Shown here one piece after another: positions 1 to 9,996 of a stretch of DNA of 64,000 bases. Source of the stretch: Deltaproteobacteria bacterium (lineage in GTDB: Bacteria > Myxococcota_A > Polyangia > Fen-1088); the NCBI GenBank assembly GCA_033763315.1, contig JANRKS010000023.1, positions 64,001 through 128,000 on the forward strand, given 5' to 3'. Both the position numbers and the translations under genes were made by a program. The notes under the pieces are model-generated. The model saw only the letters and a list, made by a program, of their open reading frames with translations, searched no databases and was not told the DNA's origin. Numbering within the stretch: position 1 is the stretch's first letter; every line of letters begins with the position of its first letter.

Positions 1-3000
1 AGATCTCTTCTTTGCGTGCGGCGAGATCCTTTTCCAAGCGGCGGTTAAGCGATTCGATCTGGCGATCGCGGCGTTGCAACTCGCTCACCAAGCGGGCGTT
101 GCCGATGGCCAAGGCGGCCAGCTCGGCGAAATCGAGCAAAGTCGACGCATCGGCTTCGCCAAACGCCCCCTGGCGCAGGCGGTTATCAACATAGATGGTG
201 CCTTCGACTTGCCCTTTGATTGTCAAAGGCACCGCCACCACCGACCGCAGCTGCAAATCGCTGACGGAAAGCGCCTGACGAAAACGTGCGTCGTCAGCGG
301 CATCCACGGTGATCACGGGTGAGCCTGTGCGCGCCACTTGTTCGGCAATGGAACGCGAGAAGGCCAGTGCCGCACCTTCCAGCGATGTTTGTTCTATGTT
401 GCGCGCGGCACGAACCACCAGGTCGCCCTGTGCGTCTCGGAGCAAGAGAAAACCACGTTCGGCTTCGGTTAGCTCGATGATGGTGTCTAGAACTGTTTCG
501 AGCAGACGCGGCAAACGCAGTTCGCTGTTCAAACGTTTGCTAAGCCTCACGAACCTTCGCAGTCTCGCTTGGGCTGACGCCAGCCGCTCGGCCATTTGCA
601 CCACCGCACCGCCCGAGCTGGCACCGTTGTTTTGGGCCCGCCAGCTTCCGAGCCAAACGGCGTCTGGATCGGCATCGAGGGCGGCGTGATGGGCAGCGGG
701 TGAGTGCATTTTGATCTCCTCTTGCATGCGGTGGGCGAGCGCAAAACACTGTTCGCTTTCGGGCGCGTTGCCTAGGGCTGCGAACAAACGCGCCGCCAAG
801 ATGGCCGAACGAAGCGCGCGCGGGCGGCGCAGGTTGTTGGCATCACTGGTGGCTTCGTCGCGCAAACGTCGAGCGGCTTGCAGGTCCGCGGCCCCGGAAC
901 GCAACGACAAGCGTGCGTTGATCCATTGGACCTGGGTGACGTCGACGTTCGCCTGGCTGGTGTGAGCGACGGCCAGGGTTGCCGCTTCCGTTGCGCCCGC
1001 TTCTGCGTGAGCCTCGGCGCTTGCCAGCCACGCAAGCGACGAGGACAATGGATCGCTGTTGCGTGCGAAGGCCTGCGCCGCTTCGGCGTGGTGGGCGGCA
1101 GACGCGGCAAATTCACCTGCGTGCCACGCCGCCGTGCCCTCCAAACTGGCGAGCCATGCGAGAGGCGCGTTTTCACCCAGCGCTAAGGCCGCTCGCGAGA
1201 TCCGACCCAATGCCGCACGCACAGCGGCTTGGTCACGCAGACGCGCGAAGAGCAACCCAGCGTTGAAAGCCGCGGCGTTCGCGTCACCAAAAGCACCAAC
1301 ACGCAGCAGATCGTCGAAGGCGCGGCCGAAAGCCTGCAAAGCTTCGCTGTAGCGGCCTTGCTCTGACAACACCATCGCCAGGTTCAGGCGTGCGTTGGCG
1401 TGGCCGTGAACGTCGCCCACTTTTTCATATGCGGTGATCGCCTGATCATAGGCAGCCTGCGCGCCTTGCAGATCGTGACGGAACTGCGCGGCGATCCCAC
1501 TGATGGCGAACGTCCGACCGATGGATTCATCATCGATCTGCGCGCTTAACCGGGCCTGCAGCTGCACCACCGCGGCTTTGGCTTCATCTGCCCGACCAAG
1601 GTAAGCCAGGCACAAAGCTCGACACTCGTCCACAAGGCGAAGTGTTTCTGGGTCCCCGGCGTTTGCCTTTTGGGCAAGCGCCAAAGCCTCTTCATGTTTG
1701 CCCGCAGCGATGGCGACGCGGCAACGTTGCGCCGCGAGGCGCGCCGACGCCAGCGCGGCCTCTGTGGGATCGAAAGCCGTCTCTGTGGCGATGAGCGATT
1801 GAGCGTTTTGCAGCACCGTCACGGCCTTGGGCAGATCACCTTGTCGCCGCGCGAGCCACGCGGCCGTTTCGGCCAACATAACTTGGGCCGCCGGGGATCC
1901 CGAAGCGGGTTGATTCGTGAGCCACGATTCGGCCGCGGCATAGCGACCGAGGAGCGCCAACGTTTGTGCACGTTTCGTGGCGTCAGCGGGAGGGAAAGCA
2001 TCCGCGCCTGCAACAGCGTCGGCCAACGTCCACCAACGTTCGGCTTGGGCATGCTGCGCGCGCTGCCAGCACGACCGCGCCGCCGCTAAAAATGCATCAA
2101 AGGCCTCACACGTGTACCCGCACAGGCGCAGCGCCGCGGCCCGACGCGGATCATCGGATGGCAAAGAGACAACCGCGGCCCGCGCCAACAATTGGGCGGA
2201 GGGGCCAACAGCCGTGACGTTCCACAACGCTTCAGACTGCGCGCCCAAGGGAAGTTGCACGCCACCGTTGCCATTGCTCTGCAACCAGCCGCGTGCGATT
2301 GCGGTTGAGGTGTCGCATTCGACCTCTGTTGCCTCAAGCGACCACCAGCAAGCCAGCACGGCATTTGCGGCGTTTGGCGGCAAGGTGGCGAAGTCTTGCG
2401 CAAACACGTCATGCGCCGCGCTGGCCGACAACGCCACAACATCTTCGCCGGCCACACAGCGTCGAACCAACAAACTAACGAGCGCGGCATTGCCGCCACT
2501 GGCACCTATGATGTTGGCCACAAGCTTTGCGTCAACGTCGCTTCCGGCCGCCTGCAGCATGTTCGTGATCTCCGCTTCACCTAGCGGCGAGGCAGCCACC
2601 GCAAGCGCGCCTTGCGGCACAGGCGTCGCTGCGGGTGCGAACATCACAAACAAACATTTGTTGGTGCAGGCCTGCTGCAACAGTGGCCACCACGGCAGCA
2701 ACGAAGCCGCATCTTCGCCATCCGCATCAAGCAGAACGCAAACCGGCTCCGCGATGGCATCCGCGGCTGAAAGCAGCTGAGCGCGGCGGCTCGCGGCGGC
2801 GCGCGCAGGATCGGAAAGCGGTGGCGCGCGGTGGGAGGCCAGCAACGCTGTGGCGGTGGTGACGCGTAGATTGGACTCACCGCGGGCCAAGGCGCCAAGG
2901 CGATGGTCGGCCAGCGCTTGCGTCCACAGCGCATGTCGCCCGCTGCCCGGCATACCCGTGAAGACCAACGCCTGATGTGAGTTGCTCGCCTGCGCCAGGG

Positions 3001-3952
3001 CAGACAGCACTTGCACCAATCGTTGCCGCTCCGCCTCGCGCCCCACAAACACGCCTGCCAAGGGATCGCCGCTGTCGATGGGCCGCGATGCCAAAGCGGC
3101 GCGCAGGCCATCGTCGTCGCTTGCCGGCATGGCTTTACGAATTCGCTGCACCACATGGCGGGCTGACGCCGGTCGTTGTGAGGGCGTGATTTGCAGCAGC
3201 TCGACGATCAGTTCGTTGAGCCACGGCGGCAAGCCCTCGCGCAATAGAGACGGTGGCTTCACATCGCCGGCCGCGAGCATGCGCGCCACACCAATGGTGC
3301 CTTCACCAAATGGCGGCTGCCCCGTCCATGCAAAATACAAAGTGGCGCCGAGGCCAAACAAATCCGAGCGCGCGGTCACTTGGCCCAGCAGCGCTTCCGG
3401 TGCAGCGAAGCCCGCCGTCCCCTGCCCCGCCCCCCCGCCTGCGGCGCGCGACAAACCAAAATCAACCAACACCGCGCGGCCCCCGTTATCAATCACAACG
3501 TTCGCCGGCGTGACATCGCCGTGAACAAGGTGGCGGCTGTGGACATAAGCCAGCGCATCACCGAGTTCCGTGGCGAGCCGAACCACATCCCCCACAGAGG
3601 GGGCAGCCAATGTGCGCCACGCCTGCAAGGAGATACCGCCCACATCAGCGGTGGCAAGGTAGAGGCGCCCCGTTAGATCAATCGGCCCCGGTCCCTGCGG
3701 TGGCGACCACATCAACGGCGATTGAATCTGGCCCACTTCCACGACGCGAGCGATGTGCGGGTGGGTCAGCCGCGTGAGGTGCACGTACTCGCGCAGCAGG
3801 CCGCCCGGCGCCTCGAATTTGAGAACAGCGCTGGAGCCGTCGTTCGTATCTTGCGCACGCGCGGCAAAACGCAGAGCGTCGCCGCCGATCCAGTGGCGGA
3901 GGCGGAAGCGGCCCACCAGCGGGTCGAGGGCGCCAACTTCGGTGGCAGTCAC
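1..3952 (-). CDS. Ser/Thr kinase-like + AAA/STAND ATPase + TPR + GAF multidomain regulator (3' end off window; probably continues into a sigma54-activator domain)
   Basis: Not in the ORF track because it has no stop in the window. Translated in spot checks from GTG 3952: AVLKF, HGDVTPANVVI, DFGLS, GFAAPEALLG, SDLFGLG (kinase); FVGREAERQRL and GMPGSGRH (P-loop-like); GAF segment LRSVVAVPL..GTIYVDNR; coiled coil IESLNRRLEKDL at the edge. All are in one frame. Confidence 0.85.
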   Translation of the reverse strand, partial: MTATEVGALDPLVGRFRLRHWIGGDALRFAARAQDTNDGSSAVLKFEAPGGLLREYVHLTRLTHPHIARVVEVGQIQSPLMWSPPQGPGPIDLTGRLYLATADVGGISLQAWRTLAAPSVGDVVRLATELGDALAYVHSRHLVHGDVTPANVVIDNGGRAVLVDFGLSRAAGGGAGQGTAGFAAPEALLGQVTARSDLFGLGATLYFAWTGQPPFGEGTIGVARMLAAGDVKPPSLLREGLPPWLNELIVELLQITPSQRPASARHVVQRIRKAMPASDDDGLRAALASRPIDSGDPLAGVFVGREAERQRLVQVLSALAQASNSHQALVFTGMPGSGRHALWTQALADHRLGALARGESNLRVTTATALLASHRAPPLSDPARAAASRRAQLLSAADAIAEPVCVLLDADGEDAASLLPWWPLLQQACTNKCLFVMFAPAATPVPQGALAVAASPLGEAEITNMLQAAGSDVDAKLVANIIGASGGNAALVSLLVRRCVAGEDVVALSASAAHDVFAQDFATLPPNAANAVLACWWSLEATEVECDTSTAIARGWLQSNGNGGVQLPLGAQSEALWNVTAVGPSAQLLARAAVVSLPSDDPRRAAALRLCGYTCEAFDAFLAAARSCWQRAQHAQAERWWTLADAVAGADAFPPADATKRAQTLALLGRYAAAESWLTNQPASGSPAAQVMLAETAAWLARRQGDLPKAVTVLQNAQSLIATETAFDPTEAALASARLAAQRCRVAIAAGKHEEALALAQKANAGDPETLRLVDECRALCLAYLGRADEAKAAVVQLQARLSAQIDDESIGRTFAISGIAAQFRHDLQGAQAAYDQAITAYEKVGDVHGHANARLNLAMVLSEQGRYSEALQAFGRAFDDLLRVGAFGDANAAAFNAGLLFARLRDQAAVRAALGRISRAALALGENAPLAWLASLEGTAAWHAGEFAASAAHHAEAAQAFARNSDPLSSSLAWLASAEAHAEAGATEAATLAVAHTSQANVDVTQVQWINARLSLRSGAADLQAARRLRDEATSDANNLRRPRALRSAILAARLFAALGNAPESEQCFALAHRMQEEIKMHSPAAHHAALDADPDAVWLGSWRAQNNGASSGGAVVQMAERLASAQARLRRFVRLSKRLNSELRLPRLLETVLDTIIELTEAERGFLLLRDAQGDLVVRAARNIEQTSLEGAALAFSRSIAEQVARTGSPVITVDAADDARFRQALSVSDLQLRSVVAVPLTIKGQVEGTIYVDNRLRQGAFGEADASTLLDFAELAALAIGNARLVSELQRRDRQIESLNRRLEKDLAARKEEI

Positions 3953-4030
3953 CCCCTTATAGTATCGCGATGCGGTCTTTACTGCTCATCCAAGCGCTGA
4001 ACGACGAAAAAACTGCCAACTTTGTTTCTG

Positions 4031-4951
4031 TTAGCGGGTCTTGAGGCGAGCCAACGAGCGCTTCGCGAGGCCGCGGATCTCCTCATCTTCGTGCGCGTCG
4101 GCCACGAATTCCAGGTAAGACGCGGCTTCAGGTCCACCCAGTAGCGCCACCGCCTCAACGATTTTCCGCATCTCGCGGCGGTCGTGCATCGAGCGGCTGC
4201 TGGTCAACACCGCGACGGCCCGCCGTTCACGCATGGCGAGCAGCGCACCCAGGGCGGCGTCTCTCACCGTCTCATCCTCGTCCGTGAGCAGCCCCAGCAG
4301 AGGTTCGACAGCTTGCTGAAGCTGACGCTGGCCCGCCTGCCGGATGGCTTCTTCTCGAAGCGAGCCTTCCTTGGAGCTGATCAATTTCACAACCTCAGCC
4401 TCGGGCGCGGTGCGAAGCTTTTGGCGGGCGATGTAATCCCGCAGCAGGTCGTTCACCAAGCGGGTGACGAGGGAAGAATAGACTTTTTGTGGTGGCTTGC
4501 CGTCCCCGCCCAAGACGTAGGGAAGCTCCGCCGCGGCTTCCACATCTTCGGCCCAGTAGGGATCAGCCAATTTGGTGGGAGCCACGCCCACGCGAAGCTT
4601 TGCAATGGCGCGAGCCAAAGCTTTCCCTTCGGCGCGGACGTCTTCCACCGCATAACCCAGCAACACCGTGGCCACCGCGGCGTTGGGACGGCCAGCGCCC
4701 GCGAATATTGCCGCGTCTTGCACTTGCTGTTTTGCCGCGTTGGTCAAGGCAGCGTCGTCGAAGGACACACCGGGCACTTGTGTGTCCTGGGTCGCCATCT
4801 GTTGCACCTGCACTTGGCCAAGCACAGGCGTCTCAAAGGTGGGCTCCGCGTTGGCGGAGACTGGGGGTGCCGAAGGGGTTCGCTTGCACTGACTGAGCAC
4901 GAGCAAAAGCAAAGCTGTGGAACGCCAAGCGCCGCAGGACCTGCGCATCAC
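4031..4951 (-). CDS. HEAT-repeat lipoprotein
   Basis: Signal ending LVLSQC; C-terminal HEAT-like repeats (AVEPLLGLLTDEDETVRDAALGAL). Confidence 0.75.
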   Translation of the reverse strand: MMRRSCGAWRSTALLLLVLSQCKRTPSAPPVSANAEPTFETPVLGQVQVQQMATQDTQVPGVSFDDAALTNAAKQQVQDAAIFAGAGRPNAAVATVLLGYAVEDVRAEGKALARAIAKLRVGVAPTKLADPYWAEDVEAAAELPYVLGGDGKPPQKVYSSLVTRLVNDLLRDYIARQKLRTAPEAEVVKLISSKEGSLREEAIRQAGQRQLQQAVEPLLGLLTDEDETVRDAALGALLAMRERRAVAVLTSSRSMHDRREMRKIVEAVALLGGPEAASYLEFVADAHEDEEIRGLAKRSLARLKTR

Positions 4952-5430
4952 GGCACCAATCGCTTGACCAACGTCACCAGATCATCGCCCGGACGGTAGA
5001 AGTCTGCGATCAGGCCCACGACCTTAAACCCGTGGCGCTCGTAAAACCGCTTGGCACCGCCTTGGCCTTCAAGGCTGGAGGTTTCAATGCGAATGGATCG
5101 TGCGCCTCGTTTGGTGAGCGCGGTTTGCACCCCCGTCAGGAGTTGCCCGCCCAAGCCCTGGCCACGCAGGTGTGGCGCGGTCACCATCCAATACAAATCG
5201 AAGGTGGCGTCGGTCATTGGCGTGGCGCCAAAACACGCATAACAAAGGGCCTGCGCGCTCTCGTCGAAGCCCGCCAACGCTTCGTAGGTATTGCCTTCAG
5301 GCTGAACCAGAACCGCTTCGAGCAGTTCGAGCGCGCACGCTGTTTCCTCGTCGCGAAAGGGATTGTGCGGATCGACCACCAGCTTTTCCAGTGTGGCGCG
5401 ATCGGTTGGTAAGGGGGATCGTATCAGCAT
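4948..5430 (-). CDS. GNAT N-acetyltransferase
   Basis: Motif A LYWMVTAPHLRGQGLGGQLL and AKRFYERHGF; 4-bp overlap with the downstream gene. Confidence 0.9.
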   Translation of the reverse strand: MLIRSPLPTDRATLEKLVVDPHNPFRDEETACALELLEAVLVQPEGNTYEALAGFDESAQALCYACFGATPMTDATFDLYWMVTAPHLRGQGLGGQLLTGVQTALTKRGARSIRIETSSLEGQGGAKRFYERHGFKVVGLIADFYRPGDDLVTLVKRLVP

Positions 5431-6466
5431 CTTTTCGTGCCAAGGCTAGGCGCGCGATGTGCGCAATCACAGATTCATAAGATTCGCCGGCGGCGCGCGC
5501 GGCCTTCGCAAAACCAGCCACCTTCGAAACGTCGCAGTTGGGATTCACATCAATGACGTACGGAATGCCTTCTTGCGATAAGCGAATATCGACCCGGCCG
5601 TAGTCGCGTAGGTCGAGCGCCGCGAACGCCGCCCGCGCCACCAGTTCGATGCGTTCAACCGTGTGGCGCGGCAAATCACATACAGGACGGGTGGGCGTAG
5701 ACAAATAATCGGGCGAGGTTTCATTCCACTTGGCATCGAACGTCACCACGTGGCGTCGATCGGGAGGCATGGTGGAAAAATCCACCTCAAACAGCGGCAA
5801 GATTCGGCAGGTCACGGGGCGCGCGCCCGTCTGCAGGGGCTCGTCCAACTTGCCCACGTAGATCTCCCGGCCTTCGATGAACTGCTCGATCAAAACGGGT
5901 TGCCGGTAGCGTTCCCAGACGTGGCTCACCTGCGCCTCAAGCTCCGTTCGCGTGTCGACGACCGAGGCCGCGCTGATGCCCACCGACGCGTCTTCACGAG
6001 AAGGTTTCACGATCATCGGCCCTGGCATCACGAAGCCTTCGGGCACCGACGGACCATCCACACGTAGACCCACAGGGGTGCTGATGCCCGCGGCTTGCAG
6101 AATCTGTTTCGCGCGATCTTTGTAGACGGAAAGCAGCAACGTGGGCGCCGTTGAACCCGTGTACGCCAGGCCGGCGAGTTCTAAAAGCAACGGAAACGCC
6201 GCTTCGAAACGTCCTTGCCCCGCAAAGGATTCGCACAGGTTGAAGACAGCGTCCGGCCGCAGTTCAGCGATGTCGTTCACCGCGAGTCCCACATCGTCAG
6301 TGACACCGACGGTGTCGACGGTAAAGTTTGCTTCCACCAACGCCGCCGACACATCTTTCGCCACACCAACCACGTCTTCACGCGCTCGGTTTTCAGGGTC
6401 GGCTTTTGCGCCTTCATAGTCGCGGTTGAAGGCGACCACAACTCGTCCCGAAGAAGTATGGCTCAC
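5297..6466 (-). CDS. ATP-grasp ligase, D-Ala-D-Ala ligase-like family
   Basis: FNLCES, YTGS, IVKPSREDASVGI, EQFIEGRE, DYGRVDIR, IDVNPNC. Confidence 0.85.
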   Translation of the reverse strand: MSHTSSGRVVVAFNRDYEGAKADPENRAREDVVGVAKDVSAALVEANFTVDTVGVTDDVGLAVNDIAELRPDAVFNLCESFAGQGRFEAAFPLLLELAGLAYTGSTAPTLLLSVYKDRAKQILQAAGISTPVGLRVDGPSVPEGFVMPGPMIVKPSREDASVGISAASVVDTRTELEAQVSHVWERYRQPVLIEQFIEGREIYVGKLDEPLQTGARPVTCRILPLFEVDFSTMPPDRRHVVTFDAKWNETSPDYLSTPTRPVCDLPRHTVERIELVARAAFAALDLRDYGRVDIRLSQEGIPYVIDVNPNCDVSKVAGFAKAARAAGESYESVIAHIARLALARKDADTIPLTNRSRHTGKAGGRSAQSLSRRGNSVRARTARSGSGSA

Positions 6467-7179
6467 GTTTGAAGCAGTGATGATACCGCGCTTGTCGCAA
6501 CACCCGCAATCACGCTTTCATGCACTTCTTCAAGCACAACCTCGAACGCCTCGCTCAGGGCCGCGGCGAGCAAAGGCACAACGGAACTGACAGGGATCGG
6601 TTCACCCAACAACGCCGTTACCGAAGTTACGGCTTTGCCCACAATTCCACACGGCACGATCATGTTGAACGCCGCAAGGTCGGTTTGCACGTTCAGCGCG
6701 AGGCCATGGATAGGCACCCGCCGGCGCACGTGCACGCCAAAAGCGCACACCTTCGCTCCGTTGATCCACACGCCCGGCTCATCCCGGCGAAACTCCCCGC
6801 GCAGACCCCAACCTGCCAGAACCGCGATGACCGCCTTGGCCATCGCCTCCACGTGTGCGACCACCCCCGTTTTGGCTCGCAGAGGAAAGATGGGATAAGC
6901 CACGAGTTGGCCCGGGCCGTGATAAGTCACGTCGCCCCCGCGGCTGGCGACGTGCAACTGCACGCCCGCCGCAGCCAAATCCTCAGGCGAGCAAAGCAGG
7001 TTCTTGGGCCGCGCGGAACGACCCATGGTGATGACGGGATCGTGTTCGCACAGCAGCAAGGTCGGCCGCCTGGCGCGGCTGGCGACCTCTTGGCGTAGGC
7101 GCTCTTGCAAGGCCACCGTGGGCACGAAGCCCACGCGGCCAAGCCAACACCATTGCCCTTGGGTGATGCTGGTCCCCAA
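6463..7179 (-). CDS. lipB: lipoyl(octanoyl) transferase
   Basis: LLCEHDPVITMG, RGGDVTYHGPGQLVAYP, HGLALNV, IVPCG. Confidence 0.95.
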   Translation of the reverse strand: MGTSITQGQWCWLGRVGFVPTVALQERLRQEVASRARRPTLLLCEHDPVITMGRSARPKNLLCSPEDLAAAGVQLHVASRGGDVTYHGPGQLVAYPIFPLRAKTGVVAHVEAMAKAVIAVLAGWGLRGEFRRDEPGVWINGAKVCAFGVHVRRRVPIHGLALNVQTDLAAFNMIVPCGIVGKAVTSVTALLGEPIPVSSVVPLLAAALSEAFEVVLEEVHESVIAGVATSAVSSLLQT

Positions 7180-7190
7180 AGGCGTCGAGG

Positions 7191-8876
7191 TTAACCTTCA
7201 GCCAACTCGGCGAAGAAGTCGGCGTCCACAAAGTCGACGCTGACCTGCGCGTTGATGACGCCCACGCCATGACGGCCACAAGCTTCTGCCATCGCAGGCC
7301 CATCCACCACCTCGATCGGGGGGCCCGGTTGCTTCCACTCGCGAATCGCCTCTTCCGCCAAGCGGCCTGCCAAAAGCAACACGCCCTCGTCGGCGTTGCG
7401 GGCGCGAACGCCTGCACGCAATTCACCGATGGCGCGGCGGCCGGCGGGGGTGGCGCCCCAACGCAGAGCCACCAAGCACTTCGACGGTTTCCAGCCGCGG
7501 CCACGCAACGCCTCAAGGTAAACGGTGCCCTCGACACGTTTGACGAACGTGGCGGGACCGAAGCCTTCGCGTTGCAACAACACGCGCGCCAAAGCCTCGA
7601 AAGCGCCATTGGCCAGTTCGCCTAGACGCAGTTCAAGCGAAGCCAATGTGCGTTCACGCAAGGCCCGGACGGCCTCGCCGTAAACATGTTCAGCCTTTTC
7701 GAGATCCAGGTCAGCGGGGCGACGAGCCAGCGCAAACAACCCGCTGCCTGCGGCTCGAATGCGTGGGCGCAAACCGGCGCGCAAACGTTCTTTGCCCTCA
7801 GCGGCCAATGCCGCGCGCACCACCCGCCAGGCTTCATGAGCCTCGCCGTGGATCAAGCGACGCCGCACAGCCGCGTCGGCAATCTGCCGCACGTGCACGC
7901 CGCGTCCTGGGGCCTGGCCACGCAACACTTCGATGGCCGCGTCGATCGGCGCCATGATGCGCCGACCTTGATCGCCGTGGCTGTCGGAAGACGGCGGCAC
8001 ATCAGAAGACGCAACGCTGGATCCCGCTGCGTCGTTGGCATGCGGAGGGGCGCTGCCGCGAGGCTCTGATTCAGATTCAGCGACATCGGCGCCGAGATCA
8101 TCATCGCCCATCGAATCGCCGCCCCGGAAGTCAGCGACGAACGGCTGAGCACCCGTGGCAGCCTCCGTTTGCAGGCCTCCCGCGTCCGCACCACCGCGCC
8201 GCCGGCGCCTACGACGGCGACGGCGACGGCCTGGGCCTTCACCCTCACCCTCGCCGGCCGCACCGCCTGCAGCCATCTCGCCGTCGGCGTCGTCGTCGCC
8301 GGCGAGATCGCCGTCATCGTCGCCCGCGTCAGCGCCGGCTGCGTCGTCACCACTGGCCGCCATCGGCACAACGTCGCCGCTTGGTTGGCCTTGTGGGGCC
8401 TCAACGCGAACCGGTGGGGACAAAGATTCAGAGTCGTCCGTGGCCGCAGCCTGTTCTTTTTCCGCGACAATATCGCCCGCAACGTCATCACCGGCACGAT
8501 CGTCAGCGTCGCCTCGACCACGACGGCCACGACGTGAGCGACGACCCCGGCGCGCATCGGCGCTTGATTCGTCGGCGGCTTGTTCGGCACGTTCGGCCTT
8601 CGGTTCGGCCACCACGGGGGCGGGTGCTGGCGGTGCTTCCGGCTCGACCACGTCAGGGTACCGCAGCAAACCAAACACGCCCGGCTTCACCCGAACGAAC
8701 GGGTTGCCTGGGGCTTTCTTCACGGCGGCGGTCAGTTGGGTTTGCATCGTCACTTCGGGCGTACGGCCAACGAAGGTGAGTAGCTTTTTGCCAACAGCCA
8801 TCTCCGTGATCTCTTTGAAGTGGAGGGGCTTACGCTCTCTGCCAAGGATCTGCAGAGCGGCTTCAAGAAACGTCAT
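7191..8876 (-). CDS. Double HARE-HTH protein with disordered Arg/acidic linker and C-terminal Mrr-like domain
   Basis: MTFLEAALQIL..PLHFKEITEMA..GRTPEVTM..PGVFGL (HARE-HTH); second copy DAAIEVL..VHVRQIADAA; C-terminus AFEALARVLLQREGF..IEVVDG resembles Mrr. Confidence 0.75.
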   Translation of the reverse strand: MTFLEAALQILGRERKPLHFKEITEMAVGKKLLTFVGRTPEVTMQTQLTAAVKKAPGNPFVRVKPGVFGLLRYPDVVEPEAPPAPAPVVAEPKAERAEQAADESSADARRGRRSRRGRRGRGDADDRAGDDVAGDIVAEKEQAAATDDSESLSPPVRVEAPQGQPSGDVVPMAASGDDAAGADAGDDDGDLAGDDDADGEMAAGGAAGEGEGEGPGRRRRRRRRRRRGGADAGGLQTEAATGAQPFVADFRGGDSMGDDDLGADVAESESEPRGSAPPHANDAAGSSVASSDVPPSSDSHGDQGRRIMAPIDAAIEVLRGQAPGRGVHVRQIADAAVRRRLIHGEAHEAWRVVRAALAAEGKERLRAGLRPRIRAAGSGLFALARRPADLDLEKAEHVYGEAVRALRERTLASLELRLGELANGAFEALARVLLQREGFGPATFVKRVEGTVYLEALRGRGWKPSKCLVALRWGATPAGRRAIGELRAGVRARNADEGVLLLAGRLAEEAIREWKQPGPPIEVVDGPAMAEACGRHGVGVINAQVSVDFVDADFFAELAEG

Positions 8877-8966
8877 TGCGGCCAGTCTTTACCACAAAAC
8901 GCCCGTCTGCATCCGGGTTCCGCTCGTTTTTTTGACCGCCGCGCCGCCAGGGGTTACCGGTGGAAC

Positions 8967-9947
8967 ATGCAGGGCAAGCAACGCATCGGGATCTTTTTGA
9001 GCGGGCGGCCGGGCCAACGGGAGCTGGGCGTGCGGCAGGGCGCGGCCATTGCCTCGGCGTTGTCCACCTTGGGCCACGAAGGCGTGCAGTTGTTTCTGGA
9101 CCGCGATCTCGACGTCTTGCTTCGCCAGTCGAACATTTCGTGCGCGCTGTTGGCGCTGCAGGGGCGACAGGGCGAGGATGGCTGCGTGCAGGGGTTCCTT
9201 GAGGTGATGGGCGTCCCCTACACCGGCTCGGGCGTGGTGGCGGCGGCGGTGGCGTCTCACCGGATCAAAACCAAGGAGATCTTGCGGCTGCACAACCTGC
9301 CCACGGCGCCCGGCTACCTGTTCGATGCCGCCAGCGGCGAAGCGGTGGCCGATGTGCACGGGCAGTTCGGGTACCCCGTGACAGTGCGCCCCGTTCACGA
9401 GCGCATGCAGTTCGTGGACAGCCTCGCCTACGACGAAATGGAGTTGGAGGCCGCGCTCGAAGAGGCCCTGCGGCTAGATCAGCAGGCGCTGGTGGAACGG
9501 CACCTGGCGGGGCGCACGGTTGAAGTGGGCGTGCTGGACGGCGAGCCGCTGGGGGCGCTTGAATTCTTACGGGACACAGGTGCGGCGGCACGTGCCGGCG
9601 GCGCTTCGGTGCCATGCCGCCTGCCGGCCGAACGTTTGCGTTCAATTTTGCGCCTGGCCACCGCCGCCTACGAAGCCATCGGGTGCGAAGGCGCGGCCAC
9701 GGTGCAGATCCAGGTCTCCGACAAAGGCAACGAGATCGTGCGCGACGTGGACACGATGCCGGTATTGACCCCCCTTTCTGCCATGCCTCGCTTGGCGAAG
9801 CTGGCGGGCATTGGTTTTGCGGAATTGATCGGGCGGTTGATCCGCGGCGCGGGCCTGCGGGGTTGCAGTGTGGACGGCCGGCGTCCGTTGCAGTCGGCGT
9901 TGCTGGATGCGGCGCCGCCGCGCGGACAAACCTTCACAGCCCACTGA
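8967..9947 (+). CDS. D-Ala-D-Ala ligase-like protein with degenerate active site
   Basis: LQGRQGEDGCVQGFLEVMGVPYTGSG motif; catalytic motifs altered (see findings). Confidence 0.8.
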   Translation: MQGKQRIGIFLSGRPGQRELGVRQGAAIASALSTLGHEGVQLFLDRDLDVLLRQSNISCALLALQGRQGEDGCVQGFLEVMGVPYTGSGVVAAAVASHRIKTKEILRLHNLPTAPGYLFDAASGEAVADVHGQFGYPVTVRPVHERMQFVDSLAYDEMELEAALEEALRLDQQALVERHLAGRTVEVGVLDGEPLGALEFLRDTGAAARAGGASVPCRLPAERLRSILRLATAAYEAIGCEGAATVQIQVSDKGNEIVRDVDTMPVLTPLSAMPRLAKLAGIGFAELIGRLIRGAGLRGCSVDGRRPLQSALLDAAPPRGQTFTAH

Positions 9948-9996
9948 GATCCCCCCGCCTGGTGCCGGGTCAATTTTCTGGCGCATCCGCCGATGC

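Noticed and set aside
8155-9000. Long antisense and alternative-frame ORFs here and elsewhere (e.g. 41040-42158, 48368-49411, 54840-56012)
   Set aside because: Shadows of real genes in high-GC DNA, with no recognisable motifs
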